From positions 176,080,001-176,144,000 of the forward strand of contig JBNRSN020000011.1 of assembly GCA_051313645.2 (NCBI GenBank): a DNA stretch of 64,000 nt. Reading direction: 5' to 3'. The notes beneath the pieces are model-generated. The model worked only from the letters and a program-made list of their open reading frames with translations, was not told where the DNA came from and made no database searches. The position numbers and the translations under genes were made by a program. This stretch comes from Centroscyllium fabricii (lineage: Eukaryota). Positions 21,135 to 33,227 of the stretch are shown here, piece after piece; positions within the stretch are counted from its first letter, which is position 1, and every line of letters starts with the position of its first letter.

Positions 21135-24095
21135 ATGGAGAGTGGTGCGGTAAAGCCAGAAAAGCTGGACACCAGTCCACAGGACCCAGCCGCCGCCACC
21201 ACGTTCGAACACTGGTTTGGTCTCCTGGAGGCCTATATGGACGCCGCCAAGGCTACAACCGACGGGAACAAATTGCAGGTTCTCCGGTCTAGGATCTCCA
21301 GCCGAGTATTCTCCCTCATCAGAGATGCCAAAACCTACCCAGCGGCAGTGGAAAAACTGCAAAAATGCTACGAGCACCCGGTCCACTCAGTCTCTGCCAG
21401 ACATGTGCTCGCGAACAGACCGCAACTACCGGGTGAGACTAACGAACAATTCGAACAAGCACTCCAAGCCCTGGTACGGGTCTGTGGCTGCCAAGCACGG
21501 ACAGCAGAGGAAGAGGCGAATCTCCTCGTCCGGGACGCGTATGCAACAGGCCTGAGGTGTGTGAAAGCCCGCCAGCGGCTGCTCGAAAAGGACTCTTTGA
21601 CCCTAGAGGAGGCGGTCTCCATATCTAACTCCGTAGAAGGGGCACGCAACAAGCTGCAGGCGTACAGCGGCACAAACCCGCACGCCTACGACATGTGGGC
21701 CGCGCCACAACGGGCCCAGGCCTGGACAGCACCACAACGGGTCGAGACCCCCACGATGGATGCGACAGCAGCAAAGTACAAACGGTGTTATTTCTGCGGG
21801 CAAGGACTGCATCCACGAGCGAGATGCCCAGCGAGGACCGCGACCTGTGAGAGGTGCTCCAAAAAGGGACACTACGCGAAGGCCTGCAGATCAGCACCAA
21901 CAGCGCCCAACTCCAGGTACAGCAGCGCAGCCTGTGAAAGCTCCGCCAGGACTCAGGTAAGCTGCAATAGCAGCGCGATCCAGCGATGGTCCGGGGGTAG
22001 AAGAAAAGCGCCCCCATCTCCCACCCTGATGCGGCAAAGGCCGGCTGCACCCACGGCACGCCAAGCTCAGCCACGGCCGGTCCAGCGCGGCCCGCTGCGT
22101 GCGAACCACAGGCACCGCCAACCCAATCACCGCGGCTCGCTGCGTGCAAACCACGGGCACCGCCAACCCAGTCACCGCGGCCCGCTGCGTGCGAACCACG
22201 GGCGCCGCCAGCGCGCTCACAGCGGTCAGCCGCGTGCGAACCACGGGCGCCGCCATCTTGTCTCCAGCGGCCCACCATGTGCGACCCCTCGGCGCCGCCA
22301 TTTTGTCTCCAGTGCCCCGCCATGTGCGAGCCAGGGGCGCCGCCATTTTGTGTACAGCCCCAACAAGCAGGGGGCCCCCACACACACAGGCACACTTCGG
22401 CCTCAGCCACACAACCTTTCAAATTCGATCATGCCGATTAAATTTAACGGCCATATTACCAATTGTCTGTTCGACACTGGAAGCACGGAGAGTTTTGTAC
22501 ACCCCGATACAGTGCAGCGCTGCGGACTGCAGATCCTGCCCACGCGCTACCAAGTCTCCCTTGCTTCACAGTCCCACACCGCGGACGTCACCGGCTACTG
22601 CTCCGTCACGCTCACAGTCAAGGGTTGTGTGTACCGTAATTTCAAATTGTACACCCTCCAGCAGTTGTGTGCCCCAGCCTTACTAGGTCTGGATTTCCAG
22701 TGCCACCTCAAGAGCGTGACAATGGAGTTCGGCGGGACCTTGCCCCCCCTCACCGTCAGTAGCCGGGACAGTCCCTTCCCAAAGCGGAGCCCGGCCTGCG
22801 GCCTCTCCACCCTGAAAATCGACCCCCCCTCATTGTTCGCCAACCTTGACCCTAACTGCAAGCCAATTGCTATTAAGAGTCGGCGGTACAGTGTGGGGGA
22901 TCGCACGTTTATCAGGTCGGAGGTCAGGCGTATGCTAAAGGAGGGGATAATTGAAGCCAGCACCAGCCCCTGGCGGGCCCAGGTGGGAGTGGTGAAGTCT
23001 GGCGAGAAACAGCGGCTGGTTATCGATTACAGCCAGACTATCAACCGCTACACCGGGCTCGACGCCTACCCCCTCCCCCGCATCTCGGAAATGGTTAACC
23101 AGATCGCCCAGTATAAGGTGTTCTCCACGATCGACCTTAAGTCGGCGTATCACCAACTCCCGATCCGGAAAGGCGACCGCCCGTACACCGCCTTCGAGGT
23201 GAACGGTCGGCTCTACCACTTCCTCCGGGTCCCCTTCGGCGTGACCAACGGAGTGTCAGTGTTCCAACGGGAGATGGACCGCATGGTTGACCAGAATGAG
23301 TTGCGGGCCACCTTCCCCTACCTGGACAACGTGACCATCTGCGGCCATGACCAGCAGGACCACGATGCCAACCTGACCAAATTCCTTGATACGGCGGATA
23401 AGCTGGACCTTACGTATAACAAAGACAAATGTGTCTTTAATACAGACCGGCTTGCCATCCTCGGATACGTGGTGGAGAACGGGGTCCTCGGCCCCGACCC
23501 ACAGCGTATGCGCCCCCTACAAGAACTGCCCCTACCTCACAACCCCAAAGCCTTGAGGAGATGCCTAGGATTTTTCTCCTATTATGCACAATGGGTCCCA
23601 CAGTTCGCGGACAAGGCTAGACCACTCCTCAAGGCTGCCGTCTTCCCCCTCTCGGTAGAAGCCCAAACGGCATTCGCCCGGATAAAGAAAGATATCCTCA
23701 AGGCGACCATGCACGCCGTTGATGAATCCATTCCCTTCCAGGTGGAGAGCGACGCTTCGGACTTTGCACTTGCTGCCACCCTGAATCAGGCAGGCAGGCC
23801 CGTAGCGTTTTTCTCCCGCACCCTACAGGGACCCGAAACTCACCACTCCGCAGTGGAAAAGGAGGCCCAGGCCATCGTGGAGGCCGTGCGCTACTGGCGT
23901 CATTACCTGGCCGGTAAGCGTTTTACCCTTCTCACCGACCAGCGGTCGGTGGTATTTATGTTTAATAATAAACAACGGGGTAAAATCAAGAATGATAAGA
24001 TCCTGCGGTGGCGGATCGAACTCTCGACTTACGAGTACGACATTCTTTACCGACCAGGTAAACTCAATGAACCCCCGGACGCACTGTCCAGGTGA
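21135..24095 (+). CDS. Gypsy A gag-protease-RT-RNase H ORF, 986 aa, ending at a premature stop before integrase
   Basis: Two zinc knuckles (CYFCG..H...C and CERCSKKGHYAKAC), LFDTGS protease, YLDN RT motif, and ESDAS...VEKEA RNase H. The frame continues after TGA into HDRLCHPGV. Confidence 0.88.
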   Translation: MESGAVKPEKLDTSPQDPAAATTFEHWFGLLEAYMDAAKATTDGNKLQVLRSRISSRVFSLIRDAKTYPAAVEKLQKCYEHPVHSVSARHVLANRPQLPGETNEQFEQALQALVRVCGCQARTAEEEANLLVRDAYATGLRCVKARQRLLEKDSLTLEEAVSISNSVEGARNKLQAYSGTNPHAYDMWAAPQRAQAWTAPQRVETPTMDATAAKYKRCYFCGQGLHPRARCPARTATCERCSKKGHYAKACRSAPTAPNSRYSSAACESSARTQVSCNSSAIQRWSGGRRKAPPSPTLMRQRPAAPTARQAQPRPVQRGPLRANHRHRQPNHRGSLRANHGHRQPSHRGPLRANHGRRQRAHSGQPRANHGRRHLVSSGPPCATPRRRHFVSSAPPCASQGRRHFVYSPNKQGAPTHTGTLRPQPHNLSNSIMPIKFNGHITNCLFDTGSTESFVHPDTVQRCGLQILPTRYQVSLASQSHTADVTGYCSVTLTVKGCVYRNFKLYTLQQLCAPALLGLDFQCHLKSVTMEFGGTLPPLTVSSRDSPFPKRSPACGLSTLKIDPPSLFANLDPNCKPIAIKSRRYSVGDRTFIRSEVRRMLKEGIIEASTSPWRAQVGVVKSGEKQRLVIDYSQTINRYTGLDAYPLPRISEMVNQIAQYKVFSTIDLKSAYHQLPIRKGDRPYTAFEVNGRLYHFLRVPFGVTNGVSVFQREMDRMVDQNELRATFPYLDNVTICGHDQQDHDANLTKFLDTADKLDLTYNKDKCVFNTDRLAILGYVVENGVLGPDPQRMRPLQELPLPHNPKALRRCLGFFSYYAQWVPQFADKARPLLKAAVFPLSVEAQTAFARIKKDILKATMHAVDESIPFQVESDASDFALAATLNQAGRPVAFFSRTLQGPETHHSAVEKEAQAIVEAVRYWRHYLAGKRFTLLTDQRSVVFMFNNKQRGKIKNDKILRWRIELSTYEYDILYRPGKLNEPPDALSR
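22085..22350 (+). repeat. About six degenerate 45-bp tandem repeats in the gag-pol linker
   Basis: Unit CGCGGCCCGCTGCGTGCGAACCACGGGCACCGCCAACCCAGTCAC, translated as RGPLRANHGHRQPSH-like repeats. Confidence 0.85.
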
Positions 24096-24585
24096 AAGTG
24101 CGCCAGTGCCCAGCTAGACCGGCTGAAGGACCTCCACGACCGCCTTTGCCACCCGGGTGTCACCAGACTCGCCCACTTCATTAGATCCCGTAGCCTCCCC
24201 TACTCCATCACGGAGATCAAGGCTATGACCAGAGAGTGCCCTGTTTGTGCCGAGTGCAAACCCCAATTTTTCCGGCCAGACACTGTGATAATACAGAACA
24301 GCTTCTATCTGCTTACATCACTTCCGGGGACCTATGAACTTTTGTATGATGTCACTTCCTGTAACTAGCCCAGTATAAATACTGGGCTACTCACTATGAT
24401 TTAGTAAGAGGCATAGTGAAGACCTCTTTTGTATGTAGCACCTTTATAAGTTGATTAAAGCTTACCTTAAGTTCCTATCGTGTAAGTTTCATTCTTACAA
24501 CAATTTAATCAACTTTGCAAAACCTCTCACTCAACTCGAACTTTTGGACAAAACTCGGAGCTGAAGATCCAGGGAAGCCACCAGC

Positions 24586-25386
24586 ATGGAGAACCTCCTT
24601 AGACCGACTCATCTCGATTTGGACCCAAACACCCCAGCAGCTGATAAAGTCTGGAAACACTGGTATCACGCTTTTGAAAATGTTCTTGTATATTGTGAAG
24701 CTGATGATGACATGAAGCTCAAGTTACTAATCAACTATGTCACCCCAAGGGTATATGAATGTGTGGATCATTGGACTAATTTTGATGAGGCAATTCGGAC
24801 ACTTCAGAGACTATATACTAAAACACCTAATGAGGTCTATGCTAGACATCTACTAGCTAAAGCTCGACAAGGGCCAGAGGTATCAATTGATAAATTCCTT
24901 CATGAGCTTCGCAGGCTTAGCATGAATTGTAACTTTCAGGCGGCTTCAGCTGAGCTGTACCGTGAAGAGATGATTCGTGATGCCTTCATCTGCGGGCTTG
25001 CCTCCCCATTTATTTGCCAGCGTCTACTTGAAAGTAAGACACTGGAACTACAAAAAGCTTATGACTTGGCTTGTTCTCTGGATTTGGCAAAAAGAAATGC
25101 AGACCTTTATGAAGTACCTAGACCTCGAACTGCTGCTTTAACCACAACCAGACAATTTAAGCGGCCACAGGTGAACTCTATTAGGGAGGACTTTTATCCT
25201 GATGATCAATCTGAGGACTTCACTGATGAAGAAGATAATGACCCCACTCTGGCAGCCTCTTGGCGATCTAAGAAATGCTTCTTTTGTGGTGATGAGTTTC
25301 ATCCTAGGAAATTCTGCCCTGCTCGCAATGCGATTTGCAGTCATTGTGACAAAAAGGGTCATTTTGTGAAGGTTTGCCTATCATGA
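24586..25386 (+). CDS. Gypsy B gag, 266 aa
   Basis: ARHLL...IRDAFICGL...QRLLE motifs and knuckles CFFCG..H...C and CSHCDKKGHFVKVC. Confidence 0.88.
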   Translation: MENLLRPTHLDLDPNTPAADKVWKHWYHAFENVLVYCEADDDMKLKLLINYVTPRVYECVDHWTNFDEAIRTLQRLYTKTPNEVYARHLLAKARQGPEVSIDKFLHELRRLSMNCNFQAASAELYREEMIRDAFICGLASPFICQRLLESKTLELQKAYDLACSLDLAKRNADLYEVPRPRTAALTTTRQFKRPQVNSIREDFYPDDQSEDFTDEEDNDPTLAASWRSKKCFFCGDEFHPRKFCPARNAICSHCDKKGHFVKVCLS

Positions 25387-25468
25387 GCCTCTACGAGGGC
25401 TTATCAAGCTCAGTCCTATCGAACTGCCCCAATTAGGGCCTATCAAGATATTCCGGCTAAATCTTATC

Positions 25469-28400
25469 ATGCTTCCTCTCGGGGGTTTTTCCCGAAGAAG
25501 CACACCTAGAGTTTCTGCCACTCTTTGTGCAACAACATCAATTACAGCTGCTTGTCCTCCAAATCTATTCTATGCTGCTGTGAAGGCATCAATTGCTGGA
25601 CATACTTTAGATGCCTTAATTGACTCTGGCAGCTCTGAGAGTTTTATTAGGGAACAGGTTGTTACAAAGTTAAAGCTACATGTTTTCCCATCCAACCAGG
25701 CAATTGCGATGGCTCAGTCGTCGCTCAACACCAGAACCTCCGGCTTTTGTATTGTTGAAATATCACTTAATGGCCACAGGTATCCCTCTACCCGGCTTTC
25801 GGTGCTCAAGGACCTGTGTAGTGACCTTCTCTTAGGACTGGACTTCCAAAAGCAGCATAAGACGCTCACTATTGAGTTCGGCGGATCCAAACCCGGACTC
25901 ACTGTTTCTAATATCCTGCCTCAATATCCATTCTGTGCATTGTCAGCGGCTTCGCTGGATGAACCCTCACTATTTACCAGTATTCCTCCTCGATGCAAGC
26001 CAATTATAACAAAATCACGACGTTTCACTCAGGAAGACCAGTCCTTTATTGCGACTGAAATTTCTCGGCTTTTGGCAGAGGATATCATCGAGCCTTGTTC
26101 ATCGCCATGGCGGGCCCAAGTTGTTATTGTTAAAAATCCTCTGCAGCCTCGCAAGAAACGGCTGTGCATTGACTATTCACAGACCATCAATCAATATACG
26201 GACTTGGACGCCTACCCATTGCCGCGCATAGATGATATGGTTAATAAATTGGCTGAGTACACGGTGTTCTCAACGTATGATCTGAAAAGCGCCTATCATC
26301 AAGTACCTTTGAAACTCTCAGACAAGCAGTATACGGCCTTTGAGGCCAATGGACGGCTGTACCAGTTCCGTCGCCTCCCGTTTGGGGTCACTAATGGAGT
26401 GGCTGTCTTCCAGCGGGCAATGGATGACTTCGTCAAGCAGGAAAACTTAAAGGATACTTTTCCTTATCTAGATAATATTACTGTTGCAGGTCGTGATCAA
26501 CAGGAACACGACGCCAATCTCCAACGATTTCAGGATGCACTCCAGCACCGTAATTTAACATTGAATGCGTCTAAATCTATTGAGTCGCAACCAACCATCA
26601 ACATCCTTGGCTATTGTGTGGGCAATGGCATAATTAAACCGGACCCTGAAAGGCTTCGTCCACTCCAAGAGCTCCCGCCACCGAAGAATCCAGCCTCCTT
26701 GCGTCGGGCCCTCGGCCTCTTTGCGTGTTATGCTAAATGGATTCCTAACTTCTCGGACAGAATCCAACCCCTACTGAAGGCCGGAACATTTCCATTAGAC
26801 ACAGCGGCTGTTACAGCCTTTAATCTTCTAAAACAACTGTTGGAGAAAGCGGCCCTTCACTCTATTGATGAGAATCTGCCCTTCGTCGTTGAATGTGATG
26901 CCTCAGAAGTGGCGATCTCGGCTACTCTGAATCAGGAAGGTCGTCCGGTGGCATTTTTATCCAGGACCTTTCAAGGTGCCGAAATACATTATCCTCCAGT
27001 GGAGAAAGAAGCTACAGCCATTATCGAGGCAGTACGGAAATGGAACCATTTCCTAGCTCGGCAACACTTTACGTTAATAACAGACCAGCGATCGGTCGCT
27101 TTTATGCTTGATAATCGGAAACGAACCAAAATTAAAAATAATAAGATCCAGCTTTGGCGGATGGAGTTGGCCTCTTTCGGTTACACCATCCACTACCGAC
27201 CTGGCAAGGACAATGTGGCGCCGGATACCCTCACACGAGCATTCTGCTCCGCTGTGTCACCCTCTACTCTCGTGGACGCCCATGATGGATTGTGTCATCC
27301 TGGCGTTACCCGCATGTTACACTTCGTGCGATCACGGAATCTCCCTTTTTCTACCGGGGATGTCAAGAAGATGTGCTCGGACTGCAGAGTCTGTGCAGAA
27401 TTAAAGCCTCAGTTTTTCCGCCCCTCGGGTGGTACGCTCATACATGCGACCCAGCCGATGCAACGGCTTAGCATTGATTTTAAGGGCCCATTGCCCTCTT
27501 CAACTCGAAACACTTATTTACTGACCATGGTCGACGAATATTCCCGTTTTCCGTTTGCCTTTCCCTGCCCCAATATGCTGTCATCCACCGTTATCAGCTG
27601 CCTTGAACAGGTATTTTCTTTCTGTGGCATGCCGTCTTACGTTCACTCGGATCGGGGTCCTTCCTTCATGTCAGGAGAACTCTAGGCTTATCTCTCGGAT
27701 CGGGGCGTTGCTACCAGTAAAACGACGCCTTATTATCCTGTCGGGAATGGGCAAATCGAACGGTATAATGGCATCATTTGGAATTCTGTACGTCTAGCTT
27801 TGAAATCTCGGGGCTTGCCCATCCAGCAATGGGAAGCAGTACTCCCAGATGCATTGCATTCTACACGGTCCCTTCTTTCGACCGCCACAAATATGACTCC
27901 CCATGAACGATTCTTTCAATTCCAGCGTCGCTCATCCTCCGGGATCTCTCTTCCATCGTGGCTGACTACACCAGGACCGGTGTTACTCCGGAGACATGTC
28001 CGGGCATCCAAGAATGACCCCCTTGTAGACGAGGTGGAACTGACTGATATCAACCCGACCTATGCATATATCCGATATCCTGACGGTCGGGAATCCACTG
28101 TGTCGTTACGGGATCTGGCTCCCTGCCCGCCGAAACTTACTGGGACACCTGGGGATGGTGATTTGCCAGGCGCATCTCTGTGCTCGCCAGGTACCCCTCA
28201 CCAGGATCTGGATCTGACGCCAGCTGGCACTTCACTCCAGGATACAAACCGGAGGCAGACCGACTATGAGCCCGTTGGGGCTCGCACACGCAGCCACGAT
28301 CCACCACGTTCTACACGCCCAGAAACAAATCTACCACAGACCTACTCAACACTTGTTCGGGCTCAAACGCAAAGCCATGCTCTCCCAGACCCTTCACAGG

Positions 28401-28570
28401 GCGGGCCAGACCACACGGATTCTGATCAATGGCCCACGGCACGTAAACGGGCTAGAGACCCTCTATCACCATGTGAACCCAAACGGGTGCGACTCTCCCT
28501 CATTCGACGGATACGTAATGAAGGGAGGATTCCGGCCTCCTACTCTTTTGGGAGGGAGGCGGCCTCCTAA
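25469..28570 (+). pseudogene. Gypsy B pol (PR-RT-RH-IN) with an in-frame TAG at 27683-27685
   Basis: LIDSGS, YLDN, ECDAS, HDGLCHPG...C..C, SIDFKG and HSDRG motifs. ORF 27800-28570 is in the same frame as 25469-27685. Confidence 0.9.
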
Positions 28571-28812
28571 TCTTTTGGGAGGGAAGAATGTGATAATACA
28601 GAACAGCTTCTATCTGCTTACATCACTTCCGGGGACCTATGAACTTTTGTATGATGTCACTTCCTGTAACTAGCCCAGTATAAATACTGGGATACTCACT
28701 ATGATTTAGTAAGAGGCATAGTGAAGACCTCTTTTGTATGTAGCACCTTTATAAGTTGATTAAAGCTTACCTTAAGTTCCTATCGTGTAAGTTTCATTCT
28801 TACAACAGACAC

Positions 28813-29822
28813 GGTGCACCTCATTAAGGCCACCCGCCCCTTTGAACGTCTAAGCGTGGACTTCAAAGGCCCCCTCCCCACCACCGACCGCAACTCATAC
28901 TTCCTCATGGTCGTAGATGAGTTCTCCCGCTTCCCCTTCGCCTTCCCCAGCGCAGATATGACGAGCGCAACGGTGATAAAACACTTCACCACGCTGTTCG
29001 CCATTTTCGGTCTCCCCAGCTACATCCATAGCGACCGGGGGTCATCGTTCATGAGCGATGAACTGCGTCAGTTTCTGCTCCAGAAAGGGGTTGCCACGAG
29101 CAGAACGACCAGTTATAACCCCCGGGGGAACGGCCAGGGAGAATGGGATCATCTGGAAGGCGGTCACCCTGGCTCTGAAGTCCAGAGGCCTTCCAGTGTC
29201 CCATTGGCAGGCAGTCCTCCCAGATGCGCTGCATTCAATACACTCTCTACTGTGTACGGCCACTAACGCCACCCCTCATGACATGATTTTTTCCTTCCCC
29301 AGGAAGTCGACTTCGGGGACAGCTCTTCCTCCATGGCTCACGACACCGGGGCCGGTCTTCCTTAGAAGACACGTCCGTGGCCACAAGCCCGACCCCCTGG
29401 TGGACAAGGTGCAGCTCCTGCATGCGAATCCGCAATATTACTTCATGCAGTTCCCGGACGGGCGCGAGTACACCGTCTCCATCAGGGTCCTGGCGCCCAC
29501 AGGAAGCACCGCAGCAGAGCCCCTGGTCGGGCAGCAGCCCGCCCAGCCACAGTATCTGGAACACCCCCTGCATCTACAGTGGCCTCCGAGGTATCCAGAC
29601 CCCCAGCCTTGGCCAGCCCAAGACCACCATTCCGATGGCTCGGACCAATTGAGACCACCAGCATCCGAAACCTCGGCACCAGAGCCACTGTCATCACCAC
29701 CGGACTCGAGCAGTACGGAACACGGCGAACTTTTACCGGAGCCCCGGCGGTCCTCCAGGCTGACACGACCGCCGGACAAGCTCATAATGAACTGCTCTGT
29801 CCATTCACCCCGCCGGACCTAA
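28813..29822 (+). pseudogene. Gypsy A integrase core and C-terminus, frameshifted near 29140
   Basis: RPFERLSVDFKGPLP, IHSDRG and YNPRGNGQ, continuing in another frame as NGIIWKAV...GPVFLRRH. Confidence 0.88.
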
Positions 29823-30163
29823 AATTTTCAAGAAGGGGTGAATGTGGTAACCATATTGTCTATACGTCACCACTGTAATATTGTCGCCAATATTGGCCTT
29901 GTATGATACATCGCTTTGTAACACTGTCGTGGAGCCAGGTCAGCTACACCTCTAACTCCTCCCCCAGCTGAGGCCCTTTATAGCTGAGGACTGACCGGGC
30001 TCCCTCATTCTGTTCTGGATGTTCGATCGGAGGGTAGCTCCAAAGTAAGTTAATAAAAGCCTATAGTTAAGGTCACTACTCGTTTAGTCTTTTATTAAGA
30101 CAAATTGACGATACGTCACCTAGGACATCAGGAGACCTCCTCCTGCTCTTCCAATAATGCCTG

Positions 30164-30430
30164 TGTGATGAACCTTTTGGGGTGGTTCACACTGTACGGT
30201 TATTGTATATAGTTTTGTTTAATGTGTTTGTTATATATCTGTTAATGTCTTTACCTTTCTGTAAGGACCTGTACCGGCTGACCCCGCCTCTGGGTACCAG
30301 TATAAAGGAGAATGCTCCGCCCACTTATCTCTCATTCCAGGCAGGCTCATCGGGGACACGGTTCAGTTCCTTGTGAATTAAAGTCACTTATTTAAGAAAC
30401 TCGCTGCCGTCTTTGATTTGAGGCATCTCA
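30164..30430 (+). mobile_element. Solo LTR
   Basis: TGTGATGAACC...GGCATCTCA ends, TATAAA and ATTAAA motifs, TSD GCCTG. Confidence 0.85.
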
Positions 30431-31329
30431 GCCTGGAATCATTTACGTTCAGCTGAGGGTAGACTGGGCCTCGGTCTAATGTATCATCTGAAAGATGACA
30501 CTGCCAACATTGCAGCATCACCTCGGTACTGTGCTGAAGTCTCCGGCTGCATTTTATGTGCTCAAGTCTCTGAATTGTGGCTTGAAAATTGATGGCTATC
30601 GGACTCCGAGACTAGCCTGCTACCACCGAGCTGAAGTTGACACGTTTAGTACAAGCTGTTGATCATTTTTATGGCACCTTATCCTATCTCTCTGACACAA
30701 TCTCAAGTTAGTGTGATAGGCGGGGAACAGTTTGTGCATGTATACAACAGATATTGTTGGCTCAACTAAAGTGATTCAGTGAATGCATCTTGAAGCAGCT
30801 GGCAAATAGGATAAATTGCACTTTAAACCGCTCCTTGTCACATCGCTCAGAAATATGTTGAAAGGTTACGAATGTGGCGGCCATCTTGTGTGCAGCAAGA
30901 TCCCACAAACAGTGGTGCTGATCTCTCTTTTTATGGTGCTATTGGTTGAGGCGGGTGTTACATAGTTATTTGTGGGACTACTTTATACAAAGTGCTGCAG
31001 CCGTCTCACTGACAGTCGGATGTATCACCCCGCACCATGAGGGAGCAGCCATTTGTAATAAGTAAAGTACCAAGATAACAAAATCAAACTACTGAGTCCA
31101 GAGTCATCTTTACAAAGCACTGCGAGTGCTAGGAGATACAACAGCGGGGAATGTTGGCCAGGAGAGCGCTCTGTTCTGCGCTTCAAATGGGGTGGTGTAA
31201 TATTTAACACTTAACTGAACCGTTGGAACAGGCACGTGGAGCCTCCGTGTAACTGTTCAACAGATGGGCAGCAGCTCCGATGGTGCAGTCTTTGCACCCC
31301 AGATCATGTGGTTCCCCCCATTCTTTAAC

Positions 31330-33227
31330 CCGAAAGGCATATAGAGGAATTCAGAGTCCAAAAGGGGTAATAACCGCCGTTTTTTGGATGTCGTCTGGAT
31401 GGACTGGGACCTGGTGATATCCTCGGGTGAGGTCGACTTTTGGAAAAAATTGTTTTACCCGCCAGATGTGCCGAAAAACTCCTTAATATGTGGCACCGGG
31501 TATCTGTCCGGAGTGGTGGCGTCATTGAGTCGCCTATAGTCGCCACACGGTCGCCAGCCGCCACCGGGCTTGGGAACGATGTGGAGCGGGGATGACCAAG
31601 GGCTGTTGGAAGGGCGAACGATCCCCAACTTCTCCATGGCAGAGAACTCTGCTTGGCCACCGCCATTTTTGTGGGGTCGAGGCGCCTGGCTCGAGCGAAA
31701 CCAGTGGGCCAGTAGTGGCAATGTGATGCTGGACGCCATGTTTGGCCGCCACATCTGAAAAGGTCGGCTGTGTAATGGCCAGGAAATCAGCCAGTAAGCG
31801 AGCATATTTGTCGTGGAGAGAAGAGCAGGAGCCCAAGAGGGGTTGGCTGTCGCTCCACTGGCAGGGCAGAGAGGCAAAGGTAGATGCATCCATGAGGCGT
31901 CTGCCCCGGACGTCCACGAGCAGGCCATGGGCACATCGGAAATCAAGCAATGGATGTGCTACCGTGACCATAACTAAATCCCAGGTAAACCGTTGGCCTC
32001 CCAGGCGAATCTCAGCCCGCTTTTTTCCAAAAGTGGCTATGGCTGCGCCATTGGCCACCACGAGAGGTGGGCCACTGTGGCCTGCCTGTCGATCGAGCTG
32101 CGTAGCTGGTAGAATGCTGCATTGAGCCCCGGTATCGCAGAGGAACCTTCGCCTGGAGAATGAGTCTATGACTTGCAGCAGCTTTCCCGCTGTGCCAATG
32201 GCGTTAGCAGCGGCTGGGCCCTGGCGGCGGCGCAGGTTCGAAGCGTGGGGTTTGGGCACAACCTCGTCATCGAATGAACAAGGCGGTCGGCAGCGATGAG
32301 CCTTCGGGCCGAAACGTGCGTGGTAATAACAGAGCCCCGGCTGGGGTTGAGGCGTTGTCTGCTGCGTAGGGGCAGAGCGCCTCATGGTTGCACAGTTAGC
32401 AGGTGAGCAAAGGCAAATGCAGTCCGCTGCGATGGCCAACTCTGCGTAGGTCCTGCCTTTAACGTTTGCTAAAGCTGACTGCACCGGTTGCGGGAGCAGG
32501 CTGATGAATAGCACCCGAAATAATGGGCAGTCTTTGTGGTCCCCGAGGAGAGCTAGCATGGGATTCATCAGGCGAGTAGGTGTGGAGTCGCCTAGGCCCA
32601 AGAGTACAAGGAGTGGCCGGCCCCTTGCGTCCTGCGGTAGGTCGTGTGCCTGAAGCAGTCGCTCCTTAACAGCAGCGTACCTGTTAACTTGTGGCGGGTC
32701 CCGTAGCAGGTCCACGATGTCCGCGGCAACATGGCTGGGCAGAGCCGAAACGATGAGGAGGTAGCGGTCCGCCTCATTGGCGAAGCATTTGAGCTGGAAC
32801 TGGGCCTCTGCTTGCAGAAACCAAGCGGCTGCTTGGTGCTCCTAAAAGGCGGGGAGGCTGGCGATCGACAGCTTTTCGCATTGCCTGACCTCTGGGCTCG
32901 CATTCTGGTCAGCACCTTCTGTGACTGACATTCGGGGTCACCAATTGTAGGGAACAGCCGTTCCCCACTCTTCAAAATCAATAAAACGTCAAGATCGTGG
33001 AGCAAGCTTTAACAGGTCTTTATTGGTTTCAATCCAAACACGACTAACTCACAAAAGGAGCAAAACCGCAAAGCATCATGGGGCTTTTGACAGCCCGCAG
33101 GACCAATGAGGAACCGAAACTGTTGATCCAACCACCCAATGGGGAAACGGGGGCGGGACCAACTCTGGAATGGGGATTATAACGTCCTGGGGAGACCAGA
33201 GTGTCTCCCCCTAGTGGCTATGCTACA
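31330..33227 (-). mobile_element. Truncated CsRn1-type Gypsy element (5' LTR 32946-33227, gag, PR, start of RT)
   Basis: TG...CA LTR followed by PBS TGGTGACCCCGA (tRNA-Trp type), CHCC gag motif CYYHARFG...CRPPC, FLCDTGA protease, and [23 protein letters not shown]. Confidence 0.88.

Larger units (their letters stand above)
24284..28807 (+). mobile_element. Gypsy LTR retrotransposon B (inner, young)
   Basis: 219-bp LTRs at 24284-24502 and 28589-28807 (one difference seen), TSD GACAC, and PPT GGGAGGGAAGAA. Confidence 0.96.
20835..30118 (+). mobile_element. Gypsy LTR retrotransposon A (outer), inserted in a Deu-SINE
   Basis: 276-bp LTRs at 20835-21110 and 29843-30118 (about 9 differences by eye), TSD CCTAG, PPT AAGAAGGGGTGAA, and PR-RT-RH-IN domain order. 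Confidence 0.96.

Noticed and set aside
22085-22350. Possible CRISPR-like array
   Set aside because: The units are contiguous degenerate repeats without unique spacers, inside a eukaryotic retrotransposon ORF.
21603-23779. Minus-strand and alternative-frame ORFs in Gypsy A
   Set aside because: These are shadows of GC-rich coding sequence and tandem repeats.
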